Made by a program: the position numbers and the translations under genes. Below, in pieces: positions 24,991 to 39,800 of a stretch of DNA of 64,000 nt. How positions within the stretch are numbered: the first letter of the stretch is position 1; each line of letters opens with the position of its first letter. Origin of the DNA: Podarcis gaigeae (lineage: Eukaryota); NCBI GenBank assembly GCA_964106915.2, contig OZ066919.1. One strand, given 5' to 3'. Under the pieces are notes generated by a model, which searched no databases, was not told the origin of the DNA, and was given only the letters and a program-made list of their open reading frames with translations.

Positions 24991-26537
24991 TGATTTGGAA
25001 GAAACCACTGATTAGTTTGCTGTGTATATACTGCAGACAATAATTAAACTGGGCTTACCAGGTATTTTAGTATTACCCATTTTTTAATTCAGCTTACAAG
25101 TATATTAGCACATTGCACTTTTACCACAATCACTCTTTTTTCTTCTGTATGGGCAATAGTCAACGTCACAGAATTGGACCTCCACTCATGTAACTGGACT
25201 TCCTCTTTCCAACCCCCTGCACCTGCCACAGCTCAGCCACCATAACAGAGTTGCAGCATGCACAGAGGGCTGCAATGGGAGCAGGAATCCATTCCACAAA
25301 CTGTAACATGCCACTGGTGGATCAGTGGATATCACCCTCTTGTTTATTGAATGCTATGTTGCCACAGCAGAATGAGCTCGGCATGTAAAGCATGGAGTTG
25401 TCCTGTATGCAGATACTGGAAATATCTGACTACAAATCATTAATGAAGGTTTAATTAAGAAAGACCTTTAATAGTGAAAGGACTATAATAGTGCAAACGT
25501 GTCCAATTTCATGCTGATTGCCTGTTTGGCTTCAGAGTACTTTGTCTATTGTAACTGTAACTTAATCTCATCTGTTGATGCAGTTAGCACATAAAAAAGG
25601 CAAGATCCAGTCTCCTCAGACATTTGGTACCATAGATCTGAATAAATCTTCCCCAGAAGGAATTTAACACTTTGCTCATTTCTCTTTACATAGTAGGACT
25701 ACGGCCCATTTCACCAGCCCCACAGGCTCCCATAGTCAAGAATCTCAGGTGAAAGGATCTCTATTACCAAGCTATTCCACCTTCCTCCTCCCAACAAGTT
25801 ATCAGTCCCAATGCAAGTACTGGAAGATGTGGTCTTTGCAATTTCAAATATGCATGCTCTGAATGTCTGCCATTTCAGATAAATTAACTATCCTATGGGG
25901 CCTTGCTCCAGCTGATGCTACAAGATAAGCACTGCTTTAACAGTTGGGCCTAAAAATTCATTGTGTGTACAAATGCAATTACAATTCTACAATACTTAAA
26001 ACCAAATTAATCCAACTCTTCAAAATAGAGATAAGGCTCCACCTAATTATATATTTGGAATAGCCTTCTAAGCAAGGGGGGGGGGGGGGAGTAAAGTAAA
26101 AAAGTGTAATGATGTGACAGCTTTTGCTCCCACTATGTACAAAACAAACTGTGGCTTTGCAAGTAACAGAGGACGTTTTTCCAACTGGAACAAGGGTTAA
26201 GTACATCAAGAGTGGCAGCTCAGGACTGAAGGCTGGGAATATTTGTACTCCAAGCATGCCAACAATTCAAATTCCATTAAAAATACAAGTCTGCCCTTGA
26301 AGAGCTAGATGGGAAGGAAAGGCCTACTGGCTGTGTTGTTGGAACTCAGCTGAATGTTGTTTCCTTTCTTCACAATCCTTGATAGAATATACTTTAAGCA
26401 GCAATACAAATTCATGTAGATCTAAATTCTTGATTCTGATGTTTTTACTTCTGAGTGTTTGCAAAGTTGTTGTATGGTCCTGTGAAACTGTGGGTTGTAG
26501 GAAAGTATTAGTGAATTCGGGATTAGAGAAATTTGTA

Positions 26538-26726
26538 GGTAACAGTAAAGGACCCCTGGGTTGTTAAGTCAGTCAAAGGCATGGGGTACAGCACTCATCT
26601 CGCTTTCAGGCCAAGGGAGCCAGCGTTTGCCCACAGACAGCCTTCCGGGTCATGTGGCCAGCATGACTAAATCGCTTCTGGTGCAACAAAACACCAGTGA
26701 TTGAAGCCAGAGCCCACGGAAACGCC
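26538..26726 (-). mobile_element. Sauria SINE, 3' half only
   Basis: gtaaaggacccctg...gggagccagcgtttg...ccgggtcatgtggccagcatgactaaa...cggaaacgcc aligns with the 44.7 kb copy. Confidence 0.85.
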
Positions 26727-29700
26727 AGACAGGGACAAGAATAAGTGTTTGCACATATTCTGCAATTATTTTTGTCCTGAGCTTCACAAATTTCTTCCAA
26801 CAATCTGATCTTAAGTTTGCGGGCAACTAACTATAGGCTTTTCCCCTATACTGCAGAGAAGCAGTACATGGAACTTAAATTTAGTTGTAAAATAAAGCCT
26901 GTACAAACCTACTCATAGAAATGCTACATTCTTAAAGTGAATTCCACCATAACATCTCTTCTAATATATATCTATTCAGGTAAGAGAAAGAAAGAAATAG
27001 AACAGATGATGAATTTATAAATCTGTATGCTGTATCCTTATGCAATAAGATGCAGCTCCAGTTGGAGAAATAGTTTTAGCACAGCAAGAAGTACAGCAAC
27101 ACTAAGGACTGTGAAGGACCTGGTCACTTAATTCTTTCCACATGATCTCTCCTATGTATGTGGAAAAGCCTATGTGTGGATCTGGCTGTAAACCTACAGA
27201 AATCAGAAGACATTTCCACAGAAGAAGGAACACTTTTGCAACTACAAGAAATGGATGCTGGGCACCATGAGCTATATCCTCATACCATCCAATTTATACT
27301 GAGGTTATGCTGTGCAATTTGATATTGGGGTACAGTGAGTTTAGTGACTAGTAATCAAGTCTGCAAAAGTGCAATAGAATTTAGTTTCCCTGGCTAAGCA
27401 GTAACAACTGGATCAGTGAACTGGGGTTTAAGATTAGCACCTGATGACCATAAAATAAGAATTTCAGAAAATTAAACTAAAAACACATACCACAGTGGGG
27501 AAGACAAGTCACCCAAATGTTTGTATGCCTCCTCTGCCCCTCCTTCTCACATGCAACTCCTCCACTTCATATTTGCTAGCCATAGTTTGCCATCATTTCT
27601 GAGACATAGGAATAGAAAGGGAAGCCTGCTGGTTGACTGGGTACTCCCAGTTACCAAACCACAACTTGTCTCAACTGAACCACCAGTGGAAGTGAAATGA
27701 ACCAGAGGCTTCCACACATAAATCCTGAGTGTAATCAGTTTCAGTTCCTCTACAAATTCTCATTATAAGGCTTAACAGCCAGAAAGTACCATCATCCCAG
27801 CTTTGAAAAAGGAGGGTGGGGCAAACAGTAGCATGGCTATTTCTCACTGCAACAAAGTAATCACCCATCTTCATTAAGCATGGGATAAAATAAAGTATTC
27901 AACTGCCATGTGTGAAGAGAAGAAGGGGAAAGAGAAAGCACACAAGCTCAAGGACTGTACTTAAAAACATTTAACTGATTTGTCCTTGGTTTCCTGCACA
28001 TGGTTTGTTTAAGGTAAACAAGTCATGAGCCCCTGACTCATGATAAGCCAGATTCTGCCTTGTTTCCTGATGGTGCAGTAGGAGCAGGGGAGGAGCAATA
28101 ACTTTTAAACAGGATGTACCAGCAACCTGTACAGTCACGTTAAACCACAGTTTCTTTTAAACCAGTTTAACGCAACATGTGAATTAAGCCATTTCAGTCT
28201 ATTGTCTACCTGTGAAAATGCTGATGAAGCAGAGATGGCCTGAATTTTTAGAATTTCATTGAGAATTATGGTTCCTCAGCCAGATTAAGTTCCAAATATT
28301 TAATATGAGAAAATAATATTTTAACAATGCTGTTTAAAAATGAAAATAGCTCCAATTTAATTTGTTATAATTAAAAATTAATGCATTTAAATTGGAGAGT
28401 ATTATGAAATGTCAAGGCAAATTATTCTTTGTATAAAATACAAGGAAAAGTTACGCTTATAAAGTAACAAAATACCTTTTATTTATGCAGACTAAGTGCC
28501 AAACTCAGTTCAAGTTTCTCAAAGGCCTTGGCAGTTACTAAAAATAACTACATGAAATATGCATTAAGACCTCAAGAGAGTTTACAAGTGAATACTTGAA
28601 TTGCTGAAGAACAGCTTCCAAGCCAAAGAGTGATTTCATGCCAAAGTACAGCCACATGGCTAAGTGCAACATGACTTATTTGTATCAAAAAGTCCTTCCA
28701 TACAACAATAAGCATTTTTTATTTACTTTTGCAGATACTATGCAAGGTCTAGCTAATTAAGCAATATGCAGTGCTAATCAAGCAATATGCAGCTGTCACT
28801 TTATACAGAAGGGATAACTATGCTTAGGATAAACTTCATCTACACCTTTACTAAAGTAATTGCTGGTGAAATTTAAAGGAGCCAACCCTTTCCTTGTAAT
28901 GGGCACCTCTTGTTCCCAACTAAAGGAAGAGTCACTCTCCCCTTAACAGGAGTACCTACCCCTGTCTACAAGGATGTGAACCTCTGGCCTATGGACCAAA
29001 TTTGGCCCAGTATGGGTCACATTTGGTCTGTGAGGCCGTTTCCCCCAAATCAGACCTATCTAATCCACATCTGATGTTACGTGTGGAGCTGGTAGAGTCA
29101 CAGTTCAATTAGATGCACAACATAGTTCCCCATGGGGAACTCAGCTGTGCAGCTTATCCTTGCAGAATGTAGCTTGAAATCACCACCCGTCAGTGGATCA
29201 AGTTCACCACCCATACCCTACTCCTACAGATATAACTTTTCCAGCTCAACCCTTTCTTTACAAGAGCTCCTGAGCCACCGTTGTGGTGTTCTATGGAGAG
29301 CAAAAAAGTAAGAAATTTGACAAAAATTATCAACTTTGACTTTCTCTTTGGCCTTCAAACTATAGGAGTACAATCTCTAGGTGAAAAGTGAAGAGTCTCC
29401 TCAATTTCACCATTCCCCACACCTAACAAAAGCAAACTATAGCCAAAGAAATTCTATCAATTTTTCAAGCACATGAAAATGACAATATTCCCCACTGGAG
29501 AATCTACGTTCCTCCTCCCTGGACGTTTTAGCTAAGACCTTAAACAAACCTGGTTTGGATGCCAAGTAAAAGCTTGGTTTAGCTATTGCAATGTGCTAAA
29601 CTTCTCTCCAGAAGCATGTGCACTCTGTCCCAATAAGTTACACATTTGCTTCTAGTTTGTATATATGCATTAAGTGCCCTATCCTCCTTGCACAATGGTC

Positions 29701-31157
29701 TGCAAGGACTATAGACAGAAAACAACTGCTGGATTTGGAGGGCATAGGAAGCATTTCCTATTGAATATTCTCAAAGCGTAACATCTGTAAAGCATCATTA
29801 AGAACAAAAGATCAAATGGGAGAATGGTTAACCACAGGGGATGGAGTCCACTCAAAACTATGCCACAGAATTCATTGCAATCACACTTTGATGCCTCCAG
29901 GTGCAATATAGCTTACAGAATCAGTGGGATGTGACTATCCTTACTGTCTTAGCACCCTTCTCTAATTTCTGATTTTGCAGAAGTTCTGTAACCACTGAGA
30001 CAAGTGGGATTTTCAGTTCAATAGAGCATGCACTTAGGAAGTGGTATTGCTGGTTCAATGGTTCAAACATAGCTTTTGTAGTTTTCTGTCTCTAGTGGTG
30101 CCAAACTAAGTGACAAACTAGACATGGTAACAGTAGATCAGTGTTTAATCCAGATTTGTCCCAATCATTTAGGAAGAGGGAGTGAGGGGAGGTATATGAT
30201 CCCACGAGCAGATGGCATGCATGCAAAAGCTGTTTGACCCTTCTTGCAATCTGAACTCAGCTGTTGAAAAGGCTTGGGAAGAAGGACAATATGGAAGTAA
30301 GTGGGAAAGGGGAAAGGGAGAGATCTATATTCTTCACCCACATACCCCTCTTCTATTAAAACCAGTCTCTATTCACTGTCTAATAGTGTGGCTCCAGGTT
30401 TAAACAAGCAGCCTGGGAGAGTGGGTGTGTTCATATTGATCAGAAAATAACTGAAAGAAATAGCCTCTCCCTCACCTGTCCTTCATTCAGGCTTTCATTC
30501 AACTAATTCCACATTAATGTTTTTGGAAACATATTACTGCAGTTGCTCTACATCCAGCTGAGGATTTGGTGCTCTGTAGTAGTGCAGGATGGCAACATAT
30601 GTGATTGGTTTGCTAGAAAACTAATTTCTAAAGCAAGCAATTCAAAATAAGGGTGACTGGTGTCAGTCCTCCCTCCCTTCCCTTAAAGAACCAGATGTGC
30701 TAACTCCCATCAAACATAAGCACATAAGCACATAACCTCAAAATCTTTAATGTGTACAGACTCTCAAGCGGACATGTGAGAAAGAAGCCTGTAATACTTG
30801 ATGTATAGCCATTCTGCGCTTCTACAGAACACAAATCTGCAACAGTGCAAAGATGCATTATTCAGTTTCAGAATTCCTTTAGCAAGTTTGCTACACTTCC
30901 TTGATATCTTTGTTGCTTGAGTGAAGGGCATCAACAGAATCCACATATAATATTTTCCAGAAGACTCCAGCTCAAAGAACAGATGTGAAATCTTGGACAC
31001 TTGAAACTATGTTCATGTGCTAATCTTATGCTAGATGCTAGATCTAACCCTTTTAGATCTCTAATTCTGCATTCAAAATTCATTCAGAATGAATCTGTGT
31101 CTCACCTAAACAGGAATTGAAAGGAAGAAAAGATATAGCATTCCTTTAACTATGTTG

Positions 31158-31388
31158 GGGTTGTATCCAACTAAATACTTGTGCACATGGGACAGCTTCA
31201 ACTAGTTCATAAGAACTTCCTCTCCCTTTCCTCCTGCCGCACATACCCCATATTTGCTCCAAGGGTTTTCTCAACCCTCCAGTGCAAAACTGGAGGTGAT
31301 ATGAGGGGGCAGGCAGAGGAGAGGGAAGGGAAGCTCTGTTGCATGCACAGAACTTCTATGAGCACAATTTTTTTGTTGAACAAAACCT
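31158..31388. mobile_element. Old MITE with GGGTTGTATCCAA-type ends (Harbinger-like); relatives at ~35022-35135, ~36190-36305, ~49595-49887
   Basis: Recurrent gggttgtatccaa / ttggatacaaccc-like termini with an internal pyrimidine-to-purine inverted arrangement. Superfamily is inferred. Confidence 0.55.
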
Positions 31389-31890
31389 GTTTTGAATCCA
31401 AGATGTTTCTTAACTAGCAACATAAAAACAACCAGTGCTAATGCAATAGTTTACATATGCTTATTAATAATATTCCTGCTCTGAATTATTGAAGGAAAGT
31501 AACTGAATTAATGACACTTGCTTTCATACGAATAACATTAGATGTGGCACAAGATGAACAAACTACAATTGTGTTCTGACTTCTGGAGAATGTCCTTTTA
31601 GATTAAAAGCTGCAGTTCATGACCAAGCCTGCCTTTTAGAAACCAATGTTCCTTTGGCAAGGAAGGGCTGTGAAATTCAAATATAAACTACAATAATATT
31701 AAAATGTGAACTAGAGTATATTAGAAGTTCTATAGGTGTGGTAGTAGCATAGTATGCAATGACTTAAGTAATGACTTGGTCTCCTACTTGATTCTAATAA
31801 GGAATGTGTCAGTGAAAATTAAGAGGCCTGATTATAGAACCCTTACAATTAAAAGACTTGCATTCAATTACATTGGAATGTTTGGGTAAA

Positions 31891-32016
31891 CATAGAATCA
31901 TAGATTTGGAAGGGACCCCAAATGCCATCTAGTCCAAACCCCTGTAATGCAGGATTCTCAACTAGATTATACATGACAGGTGGCCTCCCAGCCTCTGCTT
32001 AAAAACCTCCAAGGAA
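31891..32016 (-). mobile_element. CR1 3' end
   Basis: catagaatcatagatttggaagggacccc...catctagtccaaaccc...cctctgcttaaaaacctccaagga. Confidence 0.8.
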
Positions 32017-32104
32017 ACAATGTTTCTAGGGACAATTACAGATAACCCAACTAGTTCAAGGGAAGTACATAAGATAAATAGCTTGGTACTTTATACAGTC
32101 ATAC

Positions 32105-32153
32105 CTCAGTAAGGGCATGCAGTTGTCCTTGATGTACACAGACGCCCATAAAC
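32105..32153 (-). CDS. TESK2: TESK2 exon 4
   Basis: tttatag|(G)FMGVCVHQGQLHALTE|gtatga; 49 nt, restores phase 0. Confidence 0.96.
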
Positions 32154-34059
32154 CTATAAAACAGGAGTAAACAGCTTCTTAAAATGGGAAACAGACAGTG
32201 CATTTTGTCAACTTTAAAACAAGTTACCAGCGCATCTGAATCATTATGTTAGTAGCTGCTGCTTTAAAAATACAAATCACTAAGTATATTATATTTTCTG
32301 TCTAGCACTAGTATACTGAACCAATGTAGTTGAAGATGGGGAGTAGATTTCTAAATTCTGCCTATTCCTAAACATTTGTAGGATTTGGGGTGAGGACAAT
32401 ACTAACAAACACAACCTTTTACATTCATACATACAGAAAAAGTTTGGTGTAGAGAAATCAATGCTGTGTGTTAAAGTAAAAATGGACATCTTAACAAAGT
32501 GTATGTTTGGCCTGGCCTTAGCAATTGTCTAGCTAGATTTTATATCTACCCGGACATTAGTATTGGTATACAAAATCTGGATTATGAGAACAGTAATGAA
32601 GATACCACCAAATGTGATCACACTGCCAGAAAAGACCAACAAATAAACTGCTAAGTATTCTATTCAGTTAAATATAGATTCCACATGCCATAAAGGCTTA
32701 GGAATCCAATTGTTTACAGTTCATCTCACAACTGCAAAATGTTATCAGTTTTAAATATGACTTATGAAAGTACCCTTGAGTTATGTCATGACATTGAGCT
32801 ATGTCATAAATGAAAATGGAACAATAGTTTAATTTTTAGTATGGGGCAACTCTGGGACTTTATTTAGCATAAGAAGTGAAAATGCACAATTTCAAAAATA
32901 AAGACCACAAGATGCCTGACAAAAGGAATACTGTAAAACTGACTTATGGAAAGTGTTCATTTATATTTTTTTTTAAAGTTCTGTATGATGCAAGAAACAT
33001 GCGGTAGAATGTAAGCTGCTTTTGAGTAAACTTTCAAAACTCTTGCCTATTAAGTGGGGGGGGGTACAGGGATAACTTCATAAAGGAAAACAAGCAAATA
33101 AGCCTTCAGCTATGAAAATCTGTTTGTGTTAATAGAACAATTAAATAGGCTCATTTCTATCTTATCCAATATACAACGTTCTGCCTTCAAATGAAATAAA
33201 GCATAAAGAATGAAGCTACTTCGGACATTATAGCACATAGAATCACACATGAAAACTAACCAGCAAACTGACTGTATGGCAACTATGCAGCTACCTGAAG
33301 GCATATCAGAGTATTTGAAAGGAAAGGAAGTTAAGTTATAGAACACAAATCTCAGAACCACATTAGAAAAAAGCAAAAAAAAAAAAGCTTGACAACACAT
33401 TTTTCACCTTCGAAACATAACTTGTGAAAATAGCAAGTGCTGACCATGAGTGAAAGTTATAACATCTCATACTTTACTTTATCAGCATTCCTAAAGTAAA
33501 AAAATCCAGGATCCATTAAAACCCACTTTATTTCACGTAGTAAAGCAGAAACAAAGTCTGAAAATAATCCAGTTCCTAGTTTAATGAAAATGTGTTAGCA
33601 CCAGCACTCCTTGTTGCCTTTCACTGCTGTTGTCCCACTAATTTTTGTGCATTTCCTATGCATACATACTTCCTCTTCTTGGAAAAAAAAGTCTTGTGTC
33701 CCCCGCACCCTAAAAAAAAAAGCACCACTCCAACAGAGCACACACCCATTTATTTATTTTTTCCCCCTTGCATTTCTATCCTCCCTTCTTCATGGAACTC
33801 AAGGTAGCATACGTGTGGTTTCCAGGCAGTCACCTGTCCAAGTATTTACAGTCATACACATACCTATGCAACAACGTGCCAAGTGGGGAGGGTGAGAATC
33901 TTGAGGCAGGACTATACAAATATGTTTATGTAAGATGGAAATTTATATTTACCCATTCCCCTCTGTAGATGCCTCTGTCCATTTGCATTAAGAAACAAAC
34001 ATGGAACTGGAAACCCCATCTTGGCTTCAGTTCCACCCTAGCCTCACAATTTTTGAGAA

Positions 34060-34158
34060 GAGCTGCGGTTCAGTTATAAGTACCTGCATGCAGAAGGGCC
34101 CAGGCTGAAATCCTGAAGAGGTCTGACTCAGCGTTAAGGCAGTATCCTATGTTCCTAG
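34060..34158 (+). mobile_element. Internally deleted Squam3-like SINE
   Basis: gcatgcagaagggcccagg...ggtctgactcagcgttaaggcagtatcctatgttccta. Confidence 0.6.
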
Positions 34159-35406
34159 TACCCAAAATTGCAGTGCTAAGCACTTGAGTAGCATTGCACA
34201 GAGTCAGCCATTGGAAATGAGGAAATTAGACAAGTTGCACTTCATTCATATGAACAGTTTTAGTTAACAGAAGTTACAAAGCTCAAAGTATACAGATGCA
34301 ATTGTAATCTCATTTTATAAACTCATTTGTACGAATATATTTTCCCCATTTTCTCTTTTAAATACAGGTTTAAATGGAACTGCATAAAATATTTCCTATG
34401 GAAATGATATGCTATAAGCAAGATAGATGTTTAGAGACTTCAGGAGCTTGTCACTATCAAAGCAGTTGTTTAATCATGCTAGAAAAAAAATCCAAATTTA
34501 AAGATGACAGTGGAGTCCTAATCATTTGCATGAGTATTTCTGCTCAAAATGCCAGTCATCACCACAACACATGTAGTATTATGTTTTGCAATGCTCTATT
34601 TGTGCAAAATACTTGCACTGTACTGTAACAAATATTCTACAACAAGCACTACCTCAAATATCATTTCAGAGGGGTTTCATTTAAATTTACAACCACTTTG
34701 TAAAACTGCACACTGACATGTCTCACCCACCTCAAAGTCTATGAGCTTTGTCCAATGCTTGAATCACTACTTCACACAGGCACAATGCAAATTAAGATTT
34801 AAAAAACTAATATTTGTAAAAATAAATTACATTCTTTGGTGGCATGCAATATAAATAAAAGTCTTCCTGCACAAGTTTAAACACTGTTACCCATTTTAAC
34901 ATAAAGAATATAAGCCAATCCTCTTGGGCTCCCCTGTGCAAAAGTGATTTATACATTTATAGTACATAAACTTGCAAACATATCTGCTCAATTTGCATTT
35001 TACCAACTGTAGATGACAGAGCAGCTGTATTCCAATTTTTACTCAGAGCAGTCCCACTGAAATTAATGGACCCATATTAGTTATGGCCATTAATTTCAAA
35101 AGGTCTACTCTGAGTAAACGTTAGTAGAATACAACACATAATATTTAATTAAGAATGCAGAAGGCCAGAAGAAAACCAGTCAAAATTATTGTATAGGCTA
35201 ATAGAAATGTATTTGGAATCAGGATGAGTCTGGGAATAAAGGGATAAACAAGAGTCTAACCACTGATCCAAAACTTAGCTCCGAAGTTTTGAGAGACAGT
35301 ACCTGAATATTCAACTTTACCTCCACAAACATGAAGGATCATAAGAGATGGTACATGAAACTTGATCTGCATTCCCACATACAAATATACACCCCACCTT
35401 TCTTAC

Positions 35407-35528
35407 TTTAATATGTTTGGATGTGAAAGTCTATTCATGAGCTGGACTTCTTTCAGCATATTTGCTCTGTTGCTGCTTAGTGTGTTCATCTTCAAAGCCA
35501 TAACCTGATCAGATACTTTGTGCCGCAC
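35407..35528 (-). CDS. TESK2: TESK2 exon 3 (VAIK-equivalent MALK lysine, alphaC helix)
   Basis: ttttag|[41 protein letters not shown]|gtaaga; 122 nt. Not in the ORF track; translated by hand. Confidence 0.96.
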
Positions 35529-35793
35529 CTAAAAGACAACCCCCCAAAAAGAAGCTATGAGTCACACAGTGAAAATGAATGGAAACAGTAATGAGCCTAA
35601 CACATCTCAATAAGTTAAAATTACATTCTCTAATATGAAATGTGGCACAATAGTAGTTAATCACCTTCTACAGATATTTAAAAGCATTTATAAAACTTCA
35701 GAGATGTGCTTATGTAACAATGGATTCCTTGCTGGTTCTCTTCCACTTTCAAGTAGACTATGTTAATTTATAGTAAAGCTGAGTAAGGGGAGT

Positions 35794-36075
35794 CAGGGGC
35801 GGAGGAAGGGGAGCAGGCCATCCCGGGTGTCATCACTGGGGGGGGGGGTGACAAAATGCCAGGCAGCACTCACCGTGGGGCCTGCAGTGCACCCGAGCCA
35901 CATGTCTCTCCTGGGAGAGACGCAGTGGCTTGGGCGCACACAGGCTCCACGCTGCCCAAACGGTCCACCCGCTGTCTCCCCCCCCCCAGCTGCAGGGTGA
36001 CTGAGTGGGTGGAGGCAGGCAAACTCCAGAGGCCCTGCAGCACCCCAGGCGCCCGAGCGGCTTCCTCCGCAGTTG
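35794..36075. mobile_element. Non-autonomous hAT element with perfect 8-bp TSD
   Basis: TIRs CAGGGGCGGAGGAAG / CTTCCTCCGCAGTTG; TSD aggggagt at 35786-35793 and 36076-36083. Confidence 0.88.
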
Positions 36076-36689
36076 AGGGGAGTATTGCCAACACCCTAAG
36101 ACTCCACATAAATTGCCCTTTAAGTTAAGTTACCCTTCTCTATTCCAATTTTGCAAGTGGTCACAAGTGTTTAAGGCAGGTCTAAAGCTGGGGTTGCATC
36201 CAAGTAAGTTTCACTCAATGAAATTAGTGGACCTAAATTACCGGTAGTCATGCCCATTCATTTTGATGGTTCTAATTTGAGCTGCACTGACACTGGATAA
36301 AACCCTTAATCTTTAATCGCATGGAGGATGCTAAGAAATGGTCTCTACATAATGAAGTTTTCACATCAGCACCATAACATGTAGCAAAAGCTGTTACCTC
36401 ATTCTTTTGCAGTTCTACAAATGAGGTCAGAAAAATTGGGGAAGTCAGAAAAACTTGGGGAAAGTTGTGTCCCTCTTTTCAGTTTCCCCCCTATTTGTTT
36501 CTGCAAAATTGAGGGAGGGCAGAAAGCAATGGAGGGGGGGATCAGCCCCCACAGCTCTGTCTTTTTCCCCAGGCTTTCACATCTCTATGCGATTCTTCCA
36601 AAAAGAATCACAGGTTGGCCAGTGCCACAGCAAAGAAAATAATCCACATGTATAATACCTTGTCTGACCCAACTGCACTAACTTCCAAG

Positions 36690-36870
36690 CAGTTTCTGGG
36701 CTCAATTCAAGGTGCTAGTTTTATCCTATAAAGTCTTATACTGCTCAGGACTTCATGTCTTACAGAATGCATTTTTCCATACGAGCCCAACTATGCCCTG
36801 AGAAGAGCGTCAAAGGCCTTTCTATGAGTGCCCTCTCCAACAGTTGTCTGAAGGGTGGAGATGAGGGAAT
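36690..36870 (+). mobile_element. L2 fragment
   Basis: gctcaattcaaggtgctagttttatcctataaa, the same AQFKVLVLxYK block as at 24.5 kb. Confidence 0.6.
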
Positions 36871-39800
36871 GTTTCTCATCTTCAAGATAATTTAGTGTTG
36901 TTGTTTTTTTCATTTGCAGCAGTTCCTTGTGCCCTCTTCCCTCTTTGGGCGCGATTTGTGGTGGTTAGACTTACGTTAGAGGATAGGAGGATAGCTTTTA
37001 TGGTTTGATTGCCTTTTATTGTGCTTTACTTTTAATTATTTTGTTTTTTATCTGTAGTATAGAGTATTTCACTACTATTTTTAGTCACTTTCAGACTCTT
37101 GAGCATAGCAACCAATAATAGTAAGCGGAAGAATTTCCAGTTTCTGTGACACACTGTAAATAACCCACAGACCTGAATCAAAGTTCTCATATCTGAGTTA
37201 CCAAATTAAGTAATTTATAGGACTGAACAACAAAAATTGTCTGAGCAATAAAAGTAAAAAGTGCAACAACAAGCATATAGTAATCTAAAACTGAGCATTA
37301 AGTCACAACCAAATAAGATAAAACCAAATCAAATCAAATTGTTTTTCAGCAGTGCAATGCTGACCGTATAGAGTGAAAGGGAAGGCTTCTCTGCATATTC
37401 TGTGTTATTGGCATTTACACTGAAAAAGACCATTCTAACCCACCCTGATTTATGTAGAGCCTTGAAAAACCTGCCCGATACCTATTCTTCTCTTGTGTCA
37501 CGGGTACTTTAGATCCATAGCTGGTTGTTTTTTTCACAAGCAAACTGATTATAAACCAACTAGGAAACAGTAATGTAATCAAGTAACTAAACATTTGCTA
37601 CTCTATTTCTGCAGTAAAATCCTTGATTGTTTCCATGGTGTGTACATACATACATTTATTTTGTCCTACTTTCATATCTGGTCAAATATATTGTGCAGGT
37701 TTTTAAGTTCCTGTAGTTCCACACTATATTTCCCACTATATTGTGAAACACAATTTGTATATTGTCCTATATTAAGATTTGAAAACCCAAGAAAAAAGTT
37801 AGCCTGCCAAATATTTTAGAAGCTTAATTTTTTTAAAGTATCCTGAAGACATGCTTAACAGAAGATCAATTTTATGTGCATTTTCTTCTGCTGGAACTGA
37901 AGCTGCATTTATGTCAAGCCTTGCCCACCCCCAAAAAAATCTGAAGAGAAGATGGAGTGCAAGTCATTCATCAGTAGGATACTGGCAACTAGTGCTGGAG
38001 TAGACTAATGAAAAGCACATGCATATTAGCAAAAGCATTATTTGTGAAATGATTTCTTGAGAAGAAATTACTACATTGCTACTGGGCTGCATGGAGAGTG
38101 AGGTGGGGGGATCTCTGCTTTTAACTTTGTGATAAATGTAAATGCTTTCTATAGCATGTACAGAAAGGAGCATGCTTTTATATTAGAAATACATTTGTCA
38201 GTATTTGTTAAGACATATCATGTATAAAATGCTGAATATAATCCCTATGTTCTGCAATCATGGGAAAAGGAATTTAAGTTATTGACTTCGGTTTAATCTG
38301 CACAGTGTTCACTATCCCCTCAATGTTTCTGGGTTATTTCAACAAATAACAGCACTGTCAAATGAAATGCTGAGGAGAAAAAGCAGCACACAGACTACCC
38401 TCACTCCTTCAAAAGTTCATCAATATATAAAATAGCTCCTGCCAAACACATCTGCAGAAACCAGAAAAAACAAATAAGCATTATATCAACAAGTTTTTTT
38501 TTCTTTTTAGAAAACAGGAGAAAAATATTGGTCTCTAAAGGAGAAACCATTTATATGTTGGTTATTAAAAGGAAATTCAATTTACAATCATTTTAGTATA
38601 TCTCATAGTTAAGCAATTTGAGAATTCTTGTTTATACTAGGTAATCAGATGAGCAAGGGAAGAATATTCACCTCCAATTTAGAACCCTTTCTTCTTAGCT
38701 ATATGCCAGACATACTGAAAGGATAACTATAAAAAAGACACCCCATCAGATTGACAGGTAAAGAAAGGATGCCAAGGAAACCCAAAGAAAACTGTCTTTG
38801 AGCTACTTTACACCTCTCTAGCCTAAAGAATACAAAAACTTCACAAGAGTTTTTCTTCACAAGAATTAAAAAAGAGGAAAGTATTTGAGCTGTACAAACT
38901 AGTGGTAGGGGTAGCTGGTTACAAATGCCTATTGCTGTGCATTAAGTATTACAAGGCAATTGCAACTTACTTGAGGGTTATGTTACCAGGGGTTGGGCAT
39001 AAAGGCAAAATCGTACAAGTCAGAATGAGCCTTGGAACAGCCCATACTGTACAAGGGCAAGGGAAAACCCTTCACAGAAACAGTTTTTAAGCCTGCTTCT
39101 GAAGGTTGTAGACCTCTCAGGAAAAGGTTGGGCAACTTTGTACTGTACTAGCTTAGCAAGCTTCTGCTCACAAAACTTTGAATGCAGCTAGATAGAAATT
39201 ATGTTGGACAGTTTGTATACCAGGCTACTAAAAGTTCTTCCTTTTGCACAGTATTAGCATATTTTGTTTCCACAAACTCTGCTGTGAAGCATGACACATA
39301 ACTGAATTGATGCATTGAACTAGGAAACTTTCAGGCTGCATTATTAGATAAGGAATTTCAATTGCAAGCCTACTAAATATTTAATTTCATTTTCCAGTGG
39401 ATTTTAAGTGGCAAAATAAGACATTTAACTGTAATTGATGGTACACAATATAAACATGCAATTATGGAGCCATTCCCCTTAGGGGATTCCCAAGATCAAT
39501 GCTTATTAAAGTAATCTATCCTGGTGACCACAGAAAAGCATCTCTATTATGGTCACAAAAGCCACAATTAAGCACTTGCTCATTTTTTTTACACGAAACT
39601 AAATTGATTTAGAAGATTTACACTTAGACAAGTCAATGAGGATAAAAAGATAGAATGTTCCTTGAGTTGCCAGTCATTTAAAGGATTGCTTTGTTTGCTT
39701 TTAAATGTTTTTATATTGCTGGACCTGATGATTTATGAGAGGGAGGTATATAAATACTTTTATAACTAAAGATAAGCAAATAACTTGTAAATCACACCAA